A DNA stretch of 64,000 nucleotides from the human T2T-CHM13v2.0 reference genome, Homo sapiens. The first letter of the stretch is position 1, and each line of letters opens with the position of its first letter. Under the pieces are notes generated by a model. The model was given only the letters and a program-made list of their open reading frames with translations. It was not told the DNA's origin and did not search any database. Made by a program: the position numbers and the translations under genes. The stretch is taken from assembly GCF_009914755.1 (NCBI RefSeq), contig NC_060941.1. One strand, 5' to 3'. Positions 16,520 through 30,609 of this stretch are shown in pieces.

Positions 16520-16970
16520 TACAATAAAACCAAATATGTCTATTACTCATATAAAACAAATGAGACAAATTCAGTTGTTAAAATAAGCCTCAGATTTGGT
16601 TAAGCAAACAAATTAACTATAAGTTGTATACAAGAGATGAGTTAAAAATAAAGTGATGCAGGCCAGGCGTGGTGGCTCATGCCTTGTAATCACAGCACTT
16701 TAGGAGACTGAGACAGGCAGATCACTGGAGGTCAGGAGTTCGAGACCAGCCTGGCCAACATGGTGGAACCTTGTCTCTACTAAAAATACAAAAATTAGCC
16801 AGGCATGGTGGTGCATGCCTGTAATCCTAGCTACTCAGGAGGCTGTGGCAGGAGAATTGCCTGAACCTGGGAGGCAGAGATTGCAGTAAGCCAAGATAGC
16901 ACCACTGCACTCTAGCCTGGGTGACAGAGTGAGACTCCGATGCAAAGATTAGGAGTTAAAGGGAGGGACT
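16520..16970 (+). mobile_element. Old L1 ORF2 endonuclease-region fragment, split by Alu
   Basis: aactataagttgtatacaagagatg...aaagattaggagttaaaggga resembles the start of L1 ORF2. Confidence 0.55.
16661..16938 (+). mobile_element. AluS lacking a poly(A) tail
   Basis: Ends at gagactcc, directly followed by gatgca, which also precedes the element (16655-16660). Confidence 0.93.
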
Positions 16971-17450
16971 TGTGGTTAAATTACTAGACATTATCTTATC
17001 TTCCTCCAGGGATCCAATAAAATGGTAGGTAAAAAAAAAAGTGTAGCTGATGATGTCAAAGACAGTGGGTGGAAGTCTAACAGCCGAGAGGAGGCTTCAA
17101 TACATTTCTTGCAATTAGAAGGGTGTATTGGCAGTGCAGTGGTCATTGGCAATGCAGGGAAGGGTAGAGCTAGAGTGGAGGGGATACAGGTGAAGGAGAT
17201 GCCCATCTGCCTTCTAGAACCAAGAGAGACTTTAGACCCTGAAGCCCTTGGTGAACTGAATGAGAGATCTCCTCTTTCTACCCTTTGTAGGTCTTCAGTG
17301 TTTTGGCCATCTCCCTACCTGATCACCCTGAAGCAACACCCACAAGCAGACAAGCTCTGCCCAGGTATTCACAGCTTCTCACAACTTTCCTTTTTCTCCT
17401 TCTGTGAAAACAACTAAACAGGGCCTTATCAAATATTTGAGGAAAGCCTC

Positions 17451-17966
17451 TGTATGAGTTATGCTGAGCAATACATTAGCCCCCACACTTAGCAGCTTAA
17501 AACAACAAGCATTTCTGATCTCACAGTTTCTGTGGGTCAGACATTGAGAACGGCTTAGCCAGGTGGTTCTGGTTCAAGATCTCTTATGAGGTGCACGTCT
17601 GAAGACAGGAGGATCCACTTCCAAGATGACTCACTCACATGACTATAGGCAAAGAGGTCTTAGATCCTTGCTGGCTGTTGGCAGGAGGCTTCAGTTTCTC
17701 ACTACATGGACCTCTCCACAGGGCTGCTTGAGTGTCCTCATGATAGGCGGCTGGATTCCCCCAGACTGAGTGATCTAAGACAGAGAGAGCAAGGAGGAAA
17801 CTTTTTACAACCCGGTCTTGGATGCTGCATACCATCATTTCCAGTTTCTTCCATTCATTAGAAACAAATCACTAAGTCCAGCCCATGCTCTGTGGAGGAG
17901 AATTGGGCTTCACCTCTTGAGAGGAAGAGAATCGAAGGATTTGTGAACATATTTGAAAACTACCCA
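17451..17966 (-). mobile_element. MLT1F-like solo LTR
   Basis: cttagcagcttaaaacaacaagcattt..tctcacagtttctgtgggtcag, ctctccacagggctgcttgagtgtcctcatga. Confidence 0.82.
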
Positions 17967-18049
17967 ACCTGTAACAGGAAAAAAGAAGATAAAAATAAAT
18001 AAATATCTAAAAATAATTCTAAAATGAAGTAGTACAAGCAGCAAAAGAG

Positions 18050-18900
18050 AATAAAAAAGTTTAATGGGTGTCTTCAGAGGTATTTGAGAGGATACTATAT
18101 TCATTAAAAAAACCACAAAATCAATGCCATGGAAAATAAAATTAAGAGAATGAGAAAGAGACCTTGGACATTACAGCATGATTACTGATTTCTTTTTTTC
18201 TCCTTCACTTGCTTTTATGAAACATTTATTTTACTTTCTTATTAAAGTGGAATTTTTATTAAAAGAAGTTAACCATTTAAGGCATTTAGTTGTGCAACCA
18301 TCACTTCTCTCTTGTTCCAAAACAAAACTCCAAAAGAGACCCTGTATCCACTAAGCAGCTACTCCCCATTTCTCCCCAACCCATGACAACCCCTGGTCTA
18401 CTTTCTATCTCTATGAATTTGCCTATTCTGGACATCTCATATAGATGGAATCATATAAGGTATGACTTTTTGTGTCTGGCTTCTTTTGTTTGGCAAAAAG
18501 TATTTAATTGTGGGTTTCTGTTTTTCAAATTAAGAGAAGGATTGGAGGCTAAATCAGAAGAAATCTCCAAGAAAGGAGAACATAAAGGAAGAATGAGGAA
18601 AATATGAGTGAATAGCAATGCTAGGAGATCACTCCAGGGGGTCCAATATCTGATAGAAGTTCTAGAATGAGCAGAGAAAAATGGAGAAGAGAAACTTATG
18701 AAAGAAATAATACAAGAAAAGTCCCCATTAATAAGGGATACATATACACAAAGAACCAGCATACTGAATGGCAAAAGACTCACATTAACACAAACTATTG
18801 TGACATTTCATGTCATGAGGAGTTGAGAGGTGATATTAAAGATTTCTAGATGGGAGGGGAAAATAAAGAGCAGCAAAGAAAAATGTAAGAGAATCAGAAT
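18050..18900 (+). mobile_element. HAL1/old L1 ORF1-like region with nested antisense L1MB fragment (about 18235-18495)
   Basis: gaagaaatctcc..gaa, tccagggggtccaatatctga, aaagaaataatacaagaaaa; nested ctactttctatctctatgaatttgcctattctggacat. Confidence 0.6.
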
Positions 18901-20124
18901 GTGTAATTCTTTTTCTCACACACTATCCTTAGAACCTAACCCCTTTGTAAATTATGACTCCAATGTCTAATTTATGTCATCTGACTTCAATACAATAAAA
19001 CCTAAAAGCAACATCAAGACAATAGCAACCCTTGCAAATCAATGACCTAGAAACTAAAGAAAAACTTTCTTATATTAACTTCTGGGTTAAAGAATAAATG
19101 AACCTGAAAATGAAGAATCTCTGAAAGATAAGAATATATGAGAATGAAAATACTATGTATTGATGCTTAGAAATATAGCTTGGAGAGAAATTTTACTCTT
19201 AAAATGCTTAAGACATCAATCACGTGTAGCCAGTAACCAGCATGTTAAAAACTAGGACCTATTTAATTAGAAAACGTCTTTATATTTGACTGTCCTTTTA
19301 ATTAGCTTGGTTGGGTTGTTCTTCCCTTGACACCCAATGAATGTATGAGCATACTCATTACTTTTCTGATAACTCTCAGGTAGTTAAAAAATTTGATATC
19401 ATCACTTTGGAGCACAAACATACTTTTAAGTGAGTAAGAGTGTTTCTGACATCTCCCTTCCCACGCCCACTTCCTACTCATTTTGGTTTCAAGCTGAGGG
19501 AAAGGAGGAGAAAGAACGTGGTACAGAAAACTCTTTCTGGACTAGAACTCCCCTAAGGTGGCTTCCCAAGTTTTGTACCTGAAATGTGGTTAAAGTTAAC
19601 TCTTTCTTAGAGCACCTGCCTGGTTCCTTTGGCAATTTCTCTACTGGGCCCCTGCCAGTCTTGTTTCTGGGGCACAGCCTTGTCTTTGCCTGGCCTCCTG
19701 AGGACCCCTCAGCTTCAGTGCCCATGGGATGGGAGTGCTGTGGCTTCCTAGTGGCAGACTTCTACCTCGTTGCCGCAGGCTGTGTTAGCTTTCTCAGGGG
19801 TGGGTCAGGCACCAGTTCTCTGTGCTCCCAACTGTACAGAACCCACACACTTTCTTCTAACCATCTCTGTAGCTTGGGGTCAGGAGATTGCATTGTTCAT
19901 GCCACCCTTCAGAGTAGGGTCTGACTTAAAGCATAGCTCTCTACAAATAAATGCTCCTCCAAAATGTATTCTAAGGCTCATCATTCAATCCTGTTGTATC
20001 CTTATCGTGGTCATTCACCTAACTAGTTCTAGGCTACCTCCGTTAAATATTCAGCATGGTCTCCATCTCTCATCTTACTTTGGTGTCTGAGAACTAGAAT
20101 ATTTTGTATCTTATTTTATATTTT

Positions 20125-20249
20125 ATTTTTTTTTAACGTTTTGTAGAGATGGAGTCTCACTGTGTTGCGCAGGCTGGTCTCAAACTCCTGTCCTTAAGCT
20201 ATCCTCCTGAAAGTGTTAGGATTACAGGCATGAGCCACCATGCCTGGCC
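20125..20249 (-). mobile_element. FLAM/AluJ left monomer
   Basis: ttttgtagagatggagtctcactgtgttg...gagccaccatgcctggcc. Confidence 0.85.
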
Positions 20250-20289
20250 TTAGAATCTCTTGTTTATTCAATCAAATCTTGCAATATTA

Positions 20290-21180
20290 CAGAGCACATT
20301 ACACAAGAAAAAAATAAAACAAATGAATTAAACATCCAATATGAAAAGTTAGAGATCAACTGAATCAATGCAAAAAAATTAGAAAAAAGTATTGATGAAT
20401 TTATAAAATAAAAATGGTAGAGCTAATAAATCAAGAATGAATTTATTTGAGATAAATAAATTCAATAAGTTTATGAGGGAAAATACAATAAAATTGAGAA
20501 ATAATTAGGAGACGGTTCAAATCCACTGCATTAGAAACAAACAAGAGAAAACACCACAGATCCAAAAGAAATTGAATAGGACAGAAAAACTTAACAAAAA
20601 ATTTAGTCAAAGTAAATTTGAAAAAATGCGCGAGATAGATATTTTCTAGGAACTATAAATGACTAAAATCAGCCCCATAAGAGGTAGAAAGCCTAAATAG
20701 AGCAAAAACAATGGAAGAAATTGAGAAAGTTATAAAAAAGCTACCTCTCCACAAAAGTGCCAGATCCAGATGGTCTCAAAGGTAAATTCTTACAAAAGTT
20801 CAAGTAACAGATGATTCTGATACTATTTAAACCCTTCCAGAACCTAGAGAAGTAAGGATGTCTTCCAAATCTTTTTATAAAACCAGCATGCCAAAATTTG
20901 ACAAAGTTAGCACAAAAACACAAAACTTCAGACCAATGTCACAACCACCATAAAGAACAATTTAAACAAAACGATGGTAGAAATTTCCATAGCATATTAA
21001 AGGAATAAAACACCACATTCAAGGGGATTCTTCCTCCAAATTTAAGGCCTTTCAAAATTATGTAATCTATTAATATAGTACATTTTTTTAATGTATCACA
21101 GGGGGAAAACACCAGAGGATCAACTCAATGGATGCCAAAAAGGAATTTTAATTGAATTCAATATTCACCACTAATTTAAC
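20290..21180 (+). mobile_element. Degenerate L1 ORF2 (pre-RT/RT region)
   Basis: ccagatccagatggtctcaaaggtaaattc (PGPDGFTGEF-like), cttccaaatctttttat (LPNSFY-like), aacttcagaccaatgtca (NYRPIS-like); frames broken. Confidence 0.8.
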
Positions 21181-21219
21181 ACAAACCAATGAACTAACCT
21201 ACGTAATGGGAATAGATGG

Positions 21220-21790
21220 TGTGCTTCCCACTGTCATCCTTCCCTCCCCCATTGCAAGTATATAAAGGTTTGGGTTGAAACGACCTTCACCGCTTCTCTA
21301 AGCCCCAAGTTGGTTAGTGGAGTTCCACTGCCACAGTGAGTAGTTAAGGATGGACAATAGCTAAGCAAGATATTTTCTTGCTTAGTGATTGGTATAAACA
21401 ATCACTAGGATTGTTATAAACAAAGAGTCCTAGGATGTTCTAATCAGAGTAAATACCAGGACTTTTGTTTTTTTTTTTTGCCTTCAAAGCTTTGAAGAAG
21501 AGAAGCCTTATTTTTCTCTGGGTTATATGGTGTGCAAATGTTAGGTCTGGAACAGGGCAGCCATTATTGTTTTCTAAGAGGAAAGCCAGCTAGACAACAG
21601 AGCCAGCATGCAGAAGAGGCTGGAGCTCGGAGAATCACAGGGACATGAAACTGGAGCCCCAATCAAGCTGCACCTGAAACTTAACTACCACTGGGCTATT
21701 TTTATGCAAGCTAATAAATCATCTTTATTTTGTAAGCCAGTTTGAGTTGGTTTTCTATTACGTGCAACTAAAAACAGTCTAACTGATTCA
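21220..21790 (+). mobile_element. MLT1J/K-like solo LTR
   Basis: gctaataaatc..tttattttgtaagccagtttgagttggttttctattacgtgcaactaaaaacagtctaactgattca. Confidence 0.75.
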
Positions 21791-22091
21791 GACTGATATT
21801 TTCTTAGCACCATTTAAAAAGTTTAGCTGAAATCAAAACCATGGTAGAAGATGAGATGCATCCTCATTAAATTCAGGGCATGCAAGATGAGAACAGCATC
21901 TGCAAAGGATGGCTGGGGAAAATCCTAGATTTCTTGAGTCTGAGGTCAAAGAGGGGTGGAATAAAGGCGAAGATAAAAGGGCTGATAGCCCTGGGGACTC
22001 TGAAATGAAGAGAACAGAGAAGACAGATGCCCTGTGGTGATTTGCTCCAAAGCAGCTCAAGGGGAGGGGAGCCAGCTGCTTTCCCTTAGAA

Positions 22092-22307
22092 CAGTGGTTT
22101 TTCAACTCCAAGTGATTTTCCCTCCCAAGAGACATTTGGGAATGTCTAGAGACATTTATGGTTTCACAACTTGGGGTCAGTGTTATTGGCATCTAGTGGG
22201 TAGCAGCCAAGGATGCTTCTAAATATCCCTCAATGTACAGGACAGCCCCCGACAATAAGAAATTATCTGGCCCAAGATGTCAGTCATGTTGAGGTTGAGA
22301 AGCCTCA
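22092..22307 (+). mobile_element. MER20
   Basis: cagtggtttttcaac...gacatttgggaatgtctagagacattt...ggcatctagtgggtag...gaggttgagaagcc. Confidence 0.9.
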
Positions 22308-23448
22308 CCTTTATCCTCTCAGTTTTGCTGGTTTATGTTCACAGTTCCTTCCGTGGCCTCGTGGGTAACCTCACTGTGGAGTTTACATTGTTCTCACAGC
22401 ACGAGTCAATGAGATTAGACAAGAGACAAAAATATTGAAAAGGAGGAGGTCCAGTGTTGTGATTCACAAATAATGGCCATATACTTGCTGATTCTAAGAG
22501 CTGGCTGAGAAACTGTCAGCCATTGTAGAAACAATGGAAGAATTCAGTGAGGTGGTGGATTTCAACATTAATAGTCGAGACCAACAGTTTTGCTGTATGC
22601 TAAAAATAGCTAGTTAGAAAATATGGAAAATATAAAAAAGTGTACAAAATGTAGGTACACGTTTAGCCTGAGCTGATCATTACCCTTATGAAGATCATTA
22701 CCCCTTTTACTCTCTTTTGAGAGGCATACAGAAAAGACTGCTTCAAACTCTCTGGACCTGGCTCTAGAAAGGAATATTCAGCCTGACAGAGATGAGTGTG
22801 CTTCTCAAAATTAACTGAGAAACGAAATTCTGATAAAATTTCACAGGATTTTTCTTCTTTTGGAATCTGTTGAAATAAAACCTAAGTTCATCTGGACAAA
22901 AAAACTATAAAAAATAACTGAGCCAATTCTGAGAAGAAAACTACTGACATGGGACCAGCCTGATAAGATACCAAAACATCTGAAACTCAGCAATAAAGCA
23001 GTTTAATAATGGAGAAGAAACACACAGGTGGATGAAAGCAATAGAGATTCCAGAAATAGACCCAAGTACATGGAAGAATTTCATTTACAGTAAAGGTATA
23101 ATTTTCTGAAACAATTCTCTAGCCATCTGGTAAAATGAAAGCCTTCTCAGCCCTCATGTCTGAAACTTATATGTCCAACAAAGGATTCATTTTCAGAATA
23201 TATAAATAACTCATACAAATCAATCAGAAAAAAGATAATGAAAAAATGACTATAACACTGGAACAGCCACCTCACAAATAAGGCAATCCAGATGGCCAAT
23301 AAGCAATGGAAAAGGAGCTTGCTCTGATTAGTCAAGGAGCTACAAATCAAAACCACAGCTGAGATCCTTTACTCATCCACCAGAACGGCTAAAAGTTAAG
23401 GACTGATGATATAAATTGTTGTTGAAGATGTGGAGCAGCAACTGGAAC

Positions 23449-23747
23449 TTTTTTTTTTTTTTTTTTTGAGGCAGAGTCTCGCTGTCGCCCAGGCTGGAGT
23501 GCAGTGGCGCGATCTCGGCTCACTGCAGGCTCCACCCCCTGGGGTTCACGCCATTCTCCTGCCTCAGCCTCCCGAGTAGTTGGGACTACAGGCGCCCGCC
23601 ACCTCGCACGGCTAATTTTTTGTATTTTTAGTAGAGACGGGTTTTCACTGTGCTAGCCAGGATGGTCTCGATCTCCTGACCTCATGATCTGCCCACCTTG
23701 GCCTGCCAAAGTGCTGGGATTACAGGCGTGAGCCACTGCACTGGGCC
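23449..23747 (-). mobile_element. AluY-family element, no TSD
   Basis: ttcacgccattctcc, tagccaggatggtctcgatctcc; flanks are unrelated (L1 on the left, LTR interior on the right). Confidence 0.95.
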
Positions 23748-24297
23748 CAGAGACATTTCTGGTCTAGCAGAAAAGCCCTGGCTCTTAGACCTGGGCCAGC
23801 AACCTTTAATATGCAAATACCAGACATTAGAAACCGGGTCCACCCAAACATGGGGATTCTGCCATCTTCTTCCTTGCCACCACATATGCCTGGCAGCATG
23901 GCCACCCCCACATATCCCCACGTGTGTAGAACATCATGGAGCCCTGCATTTGCATATTAAAAGGCTAAAGTGGGAGGGCCAGTTTTTTCATGGGCTATGA
24001 GAATGACATGCCTGCTCAAACCAATCCCCCGAGCCCTGTGCAAATCAGACACAACCTCCTCCAGCCTCCTCATAAAACTGGCTAGTATCCGCGGCACATG
24101 GGGTCTCCTCCCTCGGCTTTGGAGCCCCCTCCCTCTGTCTCTGCACAGGGGAACTTCTTCCTTCTTTCTTCTCCCTTCTTTCTTGCCTGTTAAACTCTCT
24201 GCTCCTTAAAACCATTCCACATGCGTGGGTGTCGTTTTTTCCAATTCAACTCAAAACGAAGAACCTTGGTGTTGCTCCACTCATCAGAGCTGTATCA
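23748..24297 (+). mobile_element. ERV1 LTR, LTR9B-like, 5' end missing
   Basis: catttgcatattaaaaggct..gtgggagggccagtttttt, aaccaatcccc.gagccct.tgcaaatcagacac, terminal ...gtatca; CCAAT 24021-24025 and TATA-like cataaaa 24071-24077. Confidence 0.72.
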
Positions 24298-24439
24298 CTG
24301 CTTTCCAAACCATTTGGAACACAAAATTTAAACAAAATGCACACACATGATGACACAGAAAGTCCACTGCTAGATGTATATAACCAACTTACTCAAATGA
24401 TACATTAATTTTGTTATATTTGGACAATGGAATATACAG

Positions 24440-24868
24440 CCATGGAATGAATGAACATATCTGTATGAACATGAATGAATGATCCAGCTATGAAAACAAC
24501 TATGGATGAATGAACATGGCTGTATGAACATGAATGAATGATCCCACTATGAAAACAACTATGGATGAATGAACATGGCCGTATGAACATGAATGAACGA
24601 GCTATGAAAACTACTATGGATGAATGGACATGGCTGTATGAACATGAATGAAAGATCCAGCTATGAAAACAGCTATGGATAAATGGACACGGCTATATGA
24701 ACATGAATGAATGATCCAGCTATGAAAACAGCTATGAATGAATGGACATGGCCGTATGAAAATGAATGATCCAGCTATGAAAACGGCTATGAATGAATGG
24801 ACCTGGCTGTATGAACATGAATGAATGATCCAGCTATGAAAATAGCTATGAATGAATGAACTCCAGCT
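24440..24868. repeat. 59-bp minisatellite, about 7 copies
   Basis: Unit ctatggatgaatgaacatggctgtatgaacatgaatgaatgatccagctatgaaaacaa; starts at 24500 and 24559 give period 59. Confidence 0.93.
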
Positions 24869-24981
24869 ACGGACAACATACACAACCACATATGACAACA
24901 CACATGGCAAGTGTGATGTTGAGCAAAAGAATACATCTGGAATGATTGTGTTTACAGAATGTTAAAGCACAGACAGAGCTA

Positions 24982-25505
<524 letters not shown>

Positions 25506-26734
25506 AAATACAGAAATATATAGTATAGTAAACAAGCTTATAGTAAACAAGCGAATGGAAGATTCTGTACCATGTTGAAGGCCATTTATGCAGCGTCGGT
25601 GATTCCCAGTCTTCCCACCTAATACATAGAGTGAATAATGCCAAACCCGAGTGGGTTTTAGGAAAATTAAATGAGACAATGGATATGGAAGTGTTTTGTA
25701 ATCTGTAAAGGCTGGCGTCGTTACGAGTTTTACCATTACCCCACGTTCCCACTGCTGAGAAGGGCACACGTGGAATTATGATGACAAGTGGTGTCCGGGG
25801 CCCCTGTGCTCTCTTGTTCAGTTGCTCTTTATCATTTAAATCTGTCCTGGCTTTACTCTCTTCACCACCTCCACTGCCCCACTCCCAAGATGAATTCTTT
25901 CCTTAAACAATGGAAGATAGATGGGCTTTGTGTTTCTTGAGCTGATTAAAATCATTTCCTCTCTGTGAGAGTCCATTCATGTGGAAATGGTGCTTCTGAA
26001 CACTAGCCTCAGAATCTAGCCTCGTGCACTGGAATTGCAGCCTGCGATGTCTAACCATTCCTGTTCCTTCCTGGCAGCATTTCACAGACTCCGCAGATGC
26101 CCCTGCAGAGCCTTGAATGCTTTATATCCGGGCGCCAGCTGAGCCCCTCTGAATGCTGCCTGAGTGCCGTGGGTGCAATTGCAGTCGTGCGTCGTGCCGA
26201 GTGTGGTGGGCATTCATCAGCTACCATCACGGCAACAGCAGCTTCTGCTTATCACGTGCGTTGTCTCAGTGGGTCCTCACAGCAGACCGGTGGCAGTAGA
26301 TAACACAATCCCCATTCCACAGGTGGGAAAGCTGAACTGCAGATCAGAGGCAGGAAGTGCCTGGGCCACAGTCACAGAGTCACACATTGCAGAGACAGGA
26401 TGTGAATGTGAGTTTGTTTGACTCTAGAGCACATGCTGGTTCATTTATTCAATAAACGTTTATTAAACATCTGCTATGTGCCAGGCACTTGGATAGGTTG
26501 GTGAAAAGTCTTCCTGCCTCATGAGCTTACATTCTATTGGAGGAGGTGGACAACAACGGCTAAACATAATACATAAATAAATCATGTAATATACTAGAAT
26601 GCTAGGAGCCTTGGGAAAAAAAGAGTTGGACAGTGCAAAGGGGTATCAGGAGTGGTGAGAGGTTGGGGGCGGGAGTGTCTTGACTTGCTAGTGAAGTTGG
26701 CCAAGGGAGACGTCCTTGAGAAGGTGACATTTGA

Positions 26735-27049
<315 letters not shown>

Positions 27050-27416
27050 TTAGCTGTGTGGATACCTGGGAGAGGAGTGAACCAGATTGAAGGAAAACTT
27101 CACATCCAGTCCCTGCGTAGGAGAGGCTGGCGTGGCCGGCGCAGGGTAAGGGAGGGGGCAGTGGCAGTAGCAAGGGTCAGAGAGGTGGCTGAGCGCCAGG
27201 TCCCATAGAGTCTCGAAGTCCATTGTAAAGGCCTTGGCTTTCTCGCTGAGTGAAATGGGGGTCCTAGGAGGGACAGAGCAAAGGAGCACACTGCCCCATT
27301 TGTGTTCCAAATGCTGTGTGGAGGCTGGACTATGGTGCAGGAAAGGCGCATGCATGGAGGCCAGTAGGAGGCAAGAGGTGATGGCTGGGACTGCAGAAAT
27401 TGAAATGTAACAGTGA

Positions 27417-27872
<456 letters not shown>

Positions 27873-29488
27873 TGAAGAAGGGTGTGAGAGGAATGCGTTT
27901 GGGGAGTGGGATGTCAGCGCAGTTTTGGATCTGCTGGGTGTGAGATGATTCTCAGGCCTCTGAGTAGAGATGTTAGGTAGGCAGTTGGATGCAGGAATGT
28001 GGAATTTGGGAGAAGTCTAGTGTGAAACCTTATTTGGATTCAGGTTTTCTCTGTAAATAAAAGGGAGAGCTGTAAAGTCAGGTGCTTCCCGGGGATCTTG
28101 AGGGAGCCTGAAGCTGTGGCCCTCGGGGAGGGGGAGAGCCTGATAGTCCTGACAACCTGTGAGCTGGGCCTGAAACAGTCCCTCCCAAGCACACACGCTG
28201 TGGCCCAGGAATTGTCGGCAGGTGCCAGGCCTATGCCGGGGCTCCTGCACCCCTGATGGTCATGGCAAGTGTCTCACTCTTCTTATCACCAGCCCGCTCT
28301 CACTCTTATCCTATTTCTGTCAGCTCCTGGTCCTGACTTTGGGACCCAACTGTGGTTCTAGCCCCTCCTTGAGTCCCCACACTGGGTCCCTTGGTCACCT
28401 CTTGTGTCTTTGGGAGAGGCATGCTTGACATCCAACTCATTTGTCTCTTGACCCAACTGCAGTTGGACTAAGGACAGAGGTACTTCCTCCCATCCCCACA
28501 CTCCAGGAGGGCTTGCGCCAGCTTGGCCGGCTCAGACGCAGATGCTGATTGGAGAGTCCAGTCCGTGAAGGCCTAGGTCACCAGCCTGGCCCTGCCAGAG
28601 ATGGCTGGGATACTGAACATGGCCGGTGGAACTGGAGAAATCAATAGGCATCTAGTGTCTGACTCTCCCTGGCAGGGAGAAAGGCATGGAGTTACCTCCT
28701 TTTTCAGAGTGGCTTGCTGGTAAGGGTTGGGTGGAGGCTGGAGGGGATAGAGGGAGATTGCAAATGGTGACCAAGTCAGAAGAGAAGCACATCCACAATG
28801 GAGTGTCCATGAAGGTGGCCTGAAGTGTCCTCTGTGTCCAGGGGATCTCTAGTGACATTGGTGGGTGGGTGGGGGTTCTTCGTCTAGAAGGATGGGACAG
28901 AGCTGTGCACTGAAGCCTGTGGATTCTAATCTCAAGGCCATAGCTGGGATCTGCCATCCTCTTTCAGATGGGCTGTTTTTCTTACTTTAATTGTGAATAT
29001 AAACAAATATCTATGGAAGCTATGAGATGGAAGATAATAAGGGAACAGAGTGGGGTTGTCACTGACACTTCCGCCCTCTGGCATGTGGGATTGTGAAATG
29101 CTGGGGGACAAGGACTTCTGGGTTTTTACAATGTTTACACCTGTCTCCTCCACAACAAGAAATGGGCTTCACAGAATTGTCCACATTCTCATCCAGGCCC
29201 TTTGGGGTCGGAAGTAGATTCGGGGAGTCAAAAGGGCAGATACATGACTGGGATTAGGGTTCAGTTGTGCCCAGGGTAAGATGTCAGCCAAAGGTCAGAA
29301 GCGGGAATAGGGGCAAAGCTCAGTCAATGGGTGGCTCAGGTTGCATCTTGGCCTGGGGACAGGCTAGGGCTTCATGGGGTCAGGATCAGGATGAATCTAC
29401 TTCCAGGGGACATTCTTGTCCTATGTGTAGCTAAGAGGCCTGCTCCTGGATTCAGCCAGTCTCCTGCCTCCTTTGTTCTGTCTCCTGA

Positions 29489-29799
<311 letters not shown>

Positions 29800-30243
29800 T
29801 GTCTCCTGATTCACTTCTGAGCAAACCAAACCTGTCATGACTTGAGAGCAAGTGATCCTTCCTACTAGATAGAGCCTTATCCAACAGGCTCCAGCCTCCT
29901 GGAGGAAAGCTGGGCTCTGGCTTGAAATTAACCTGCTCTGGGGTCCTTTCCAGTCCCATGTGGTTCTGCCTGCCCTCTTTGTGGCCAGCACTGTGCTGGG
30001 CACTTTCATATGTGAGCTCTCTAGATCTTGAGAACAATTGCATGGGGGAAAGGATTAGCATCCCCATTTCATGTGCAAGGAAAACTGAGGCTCAGTTGCT
30101 ATTTGTACCCAGGGGCCTATGTATCCTTCTGGCTGTGGAGTCATTTTACCCCTTTTGCTTCTGGATGATGCTCAATCCCACCAGGATTCCCCAAAGGACA
30201 GAGAAGCAAACCTGGGTGATCAAGGCGCCATTTCATCTTTTAC

Positions 30244-30609
30244 CTGAGTGCTCAGAGTCAGGAGTGATCAGGCCTGATCTTGTCTCTGCTCAGCCTGGGC
30301 CAGCCTTAAAGCCCTTTCCTCAAAGGGGATTCCGTATTGAGAAAAGACATGGCAGAGCAGGTTTTCTGCTCCTGCAGAAAGACCTCAGGCAGATCCCTCC
30401 AGGCAAGTTTGGAAAGGGGCCAGGGAGCAGGCTTTCTTGGTCTCTGGAGGGCAGGGAGCAACCCTTCATCAAAGCAGCCAAATCGTTGTCTCTCGGGGCA
30501 GTGGCGCCCAGCACCCTCCCGAGGCTGGCCATGACAGTGGGCTCCTGGGGATGTTGGCTGAAGGCAGGGGGCAGTTTGGGTTCATGTGCTGAGTCCAATG
30601 TGTCCGCCT
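30244..30609 (-). ncRNA. Candidate 366-nt exon of an unidentified minus-strand (lncRNA-like) transcript
   Basis: Acceptor tcctcccctgtttgttctgcag|AGGCGG and donor CACTCAG|gtaaaaga; non-repeat sequence; no expression data. Confidence 0.4.

Noticed and set aside
24440-24868. Regular repeat array resembling CRISPR
   Set aside because: Units are head-to-tail with no unique spacers, there are no cas genes, and the DNA is primate
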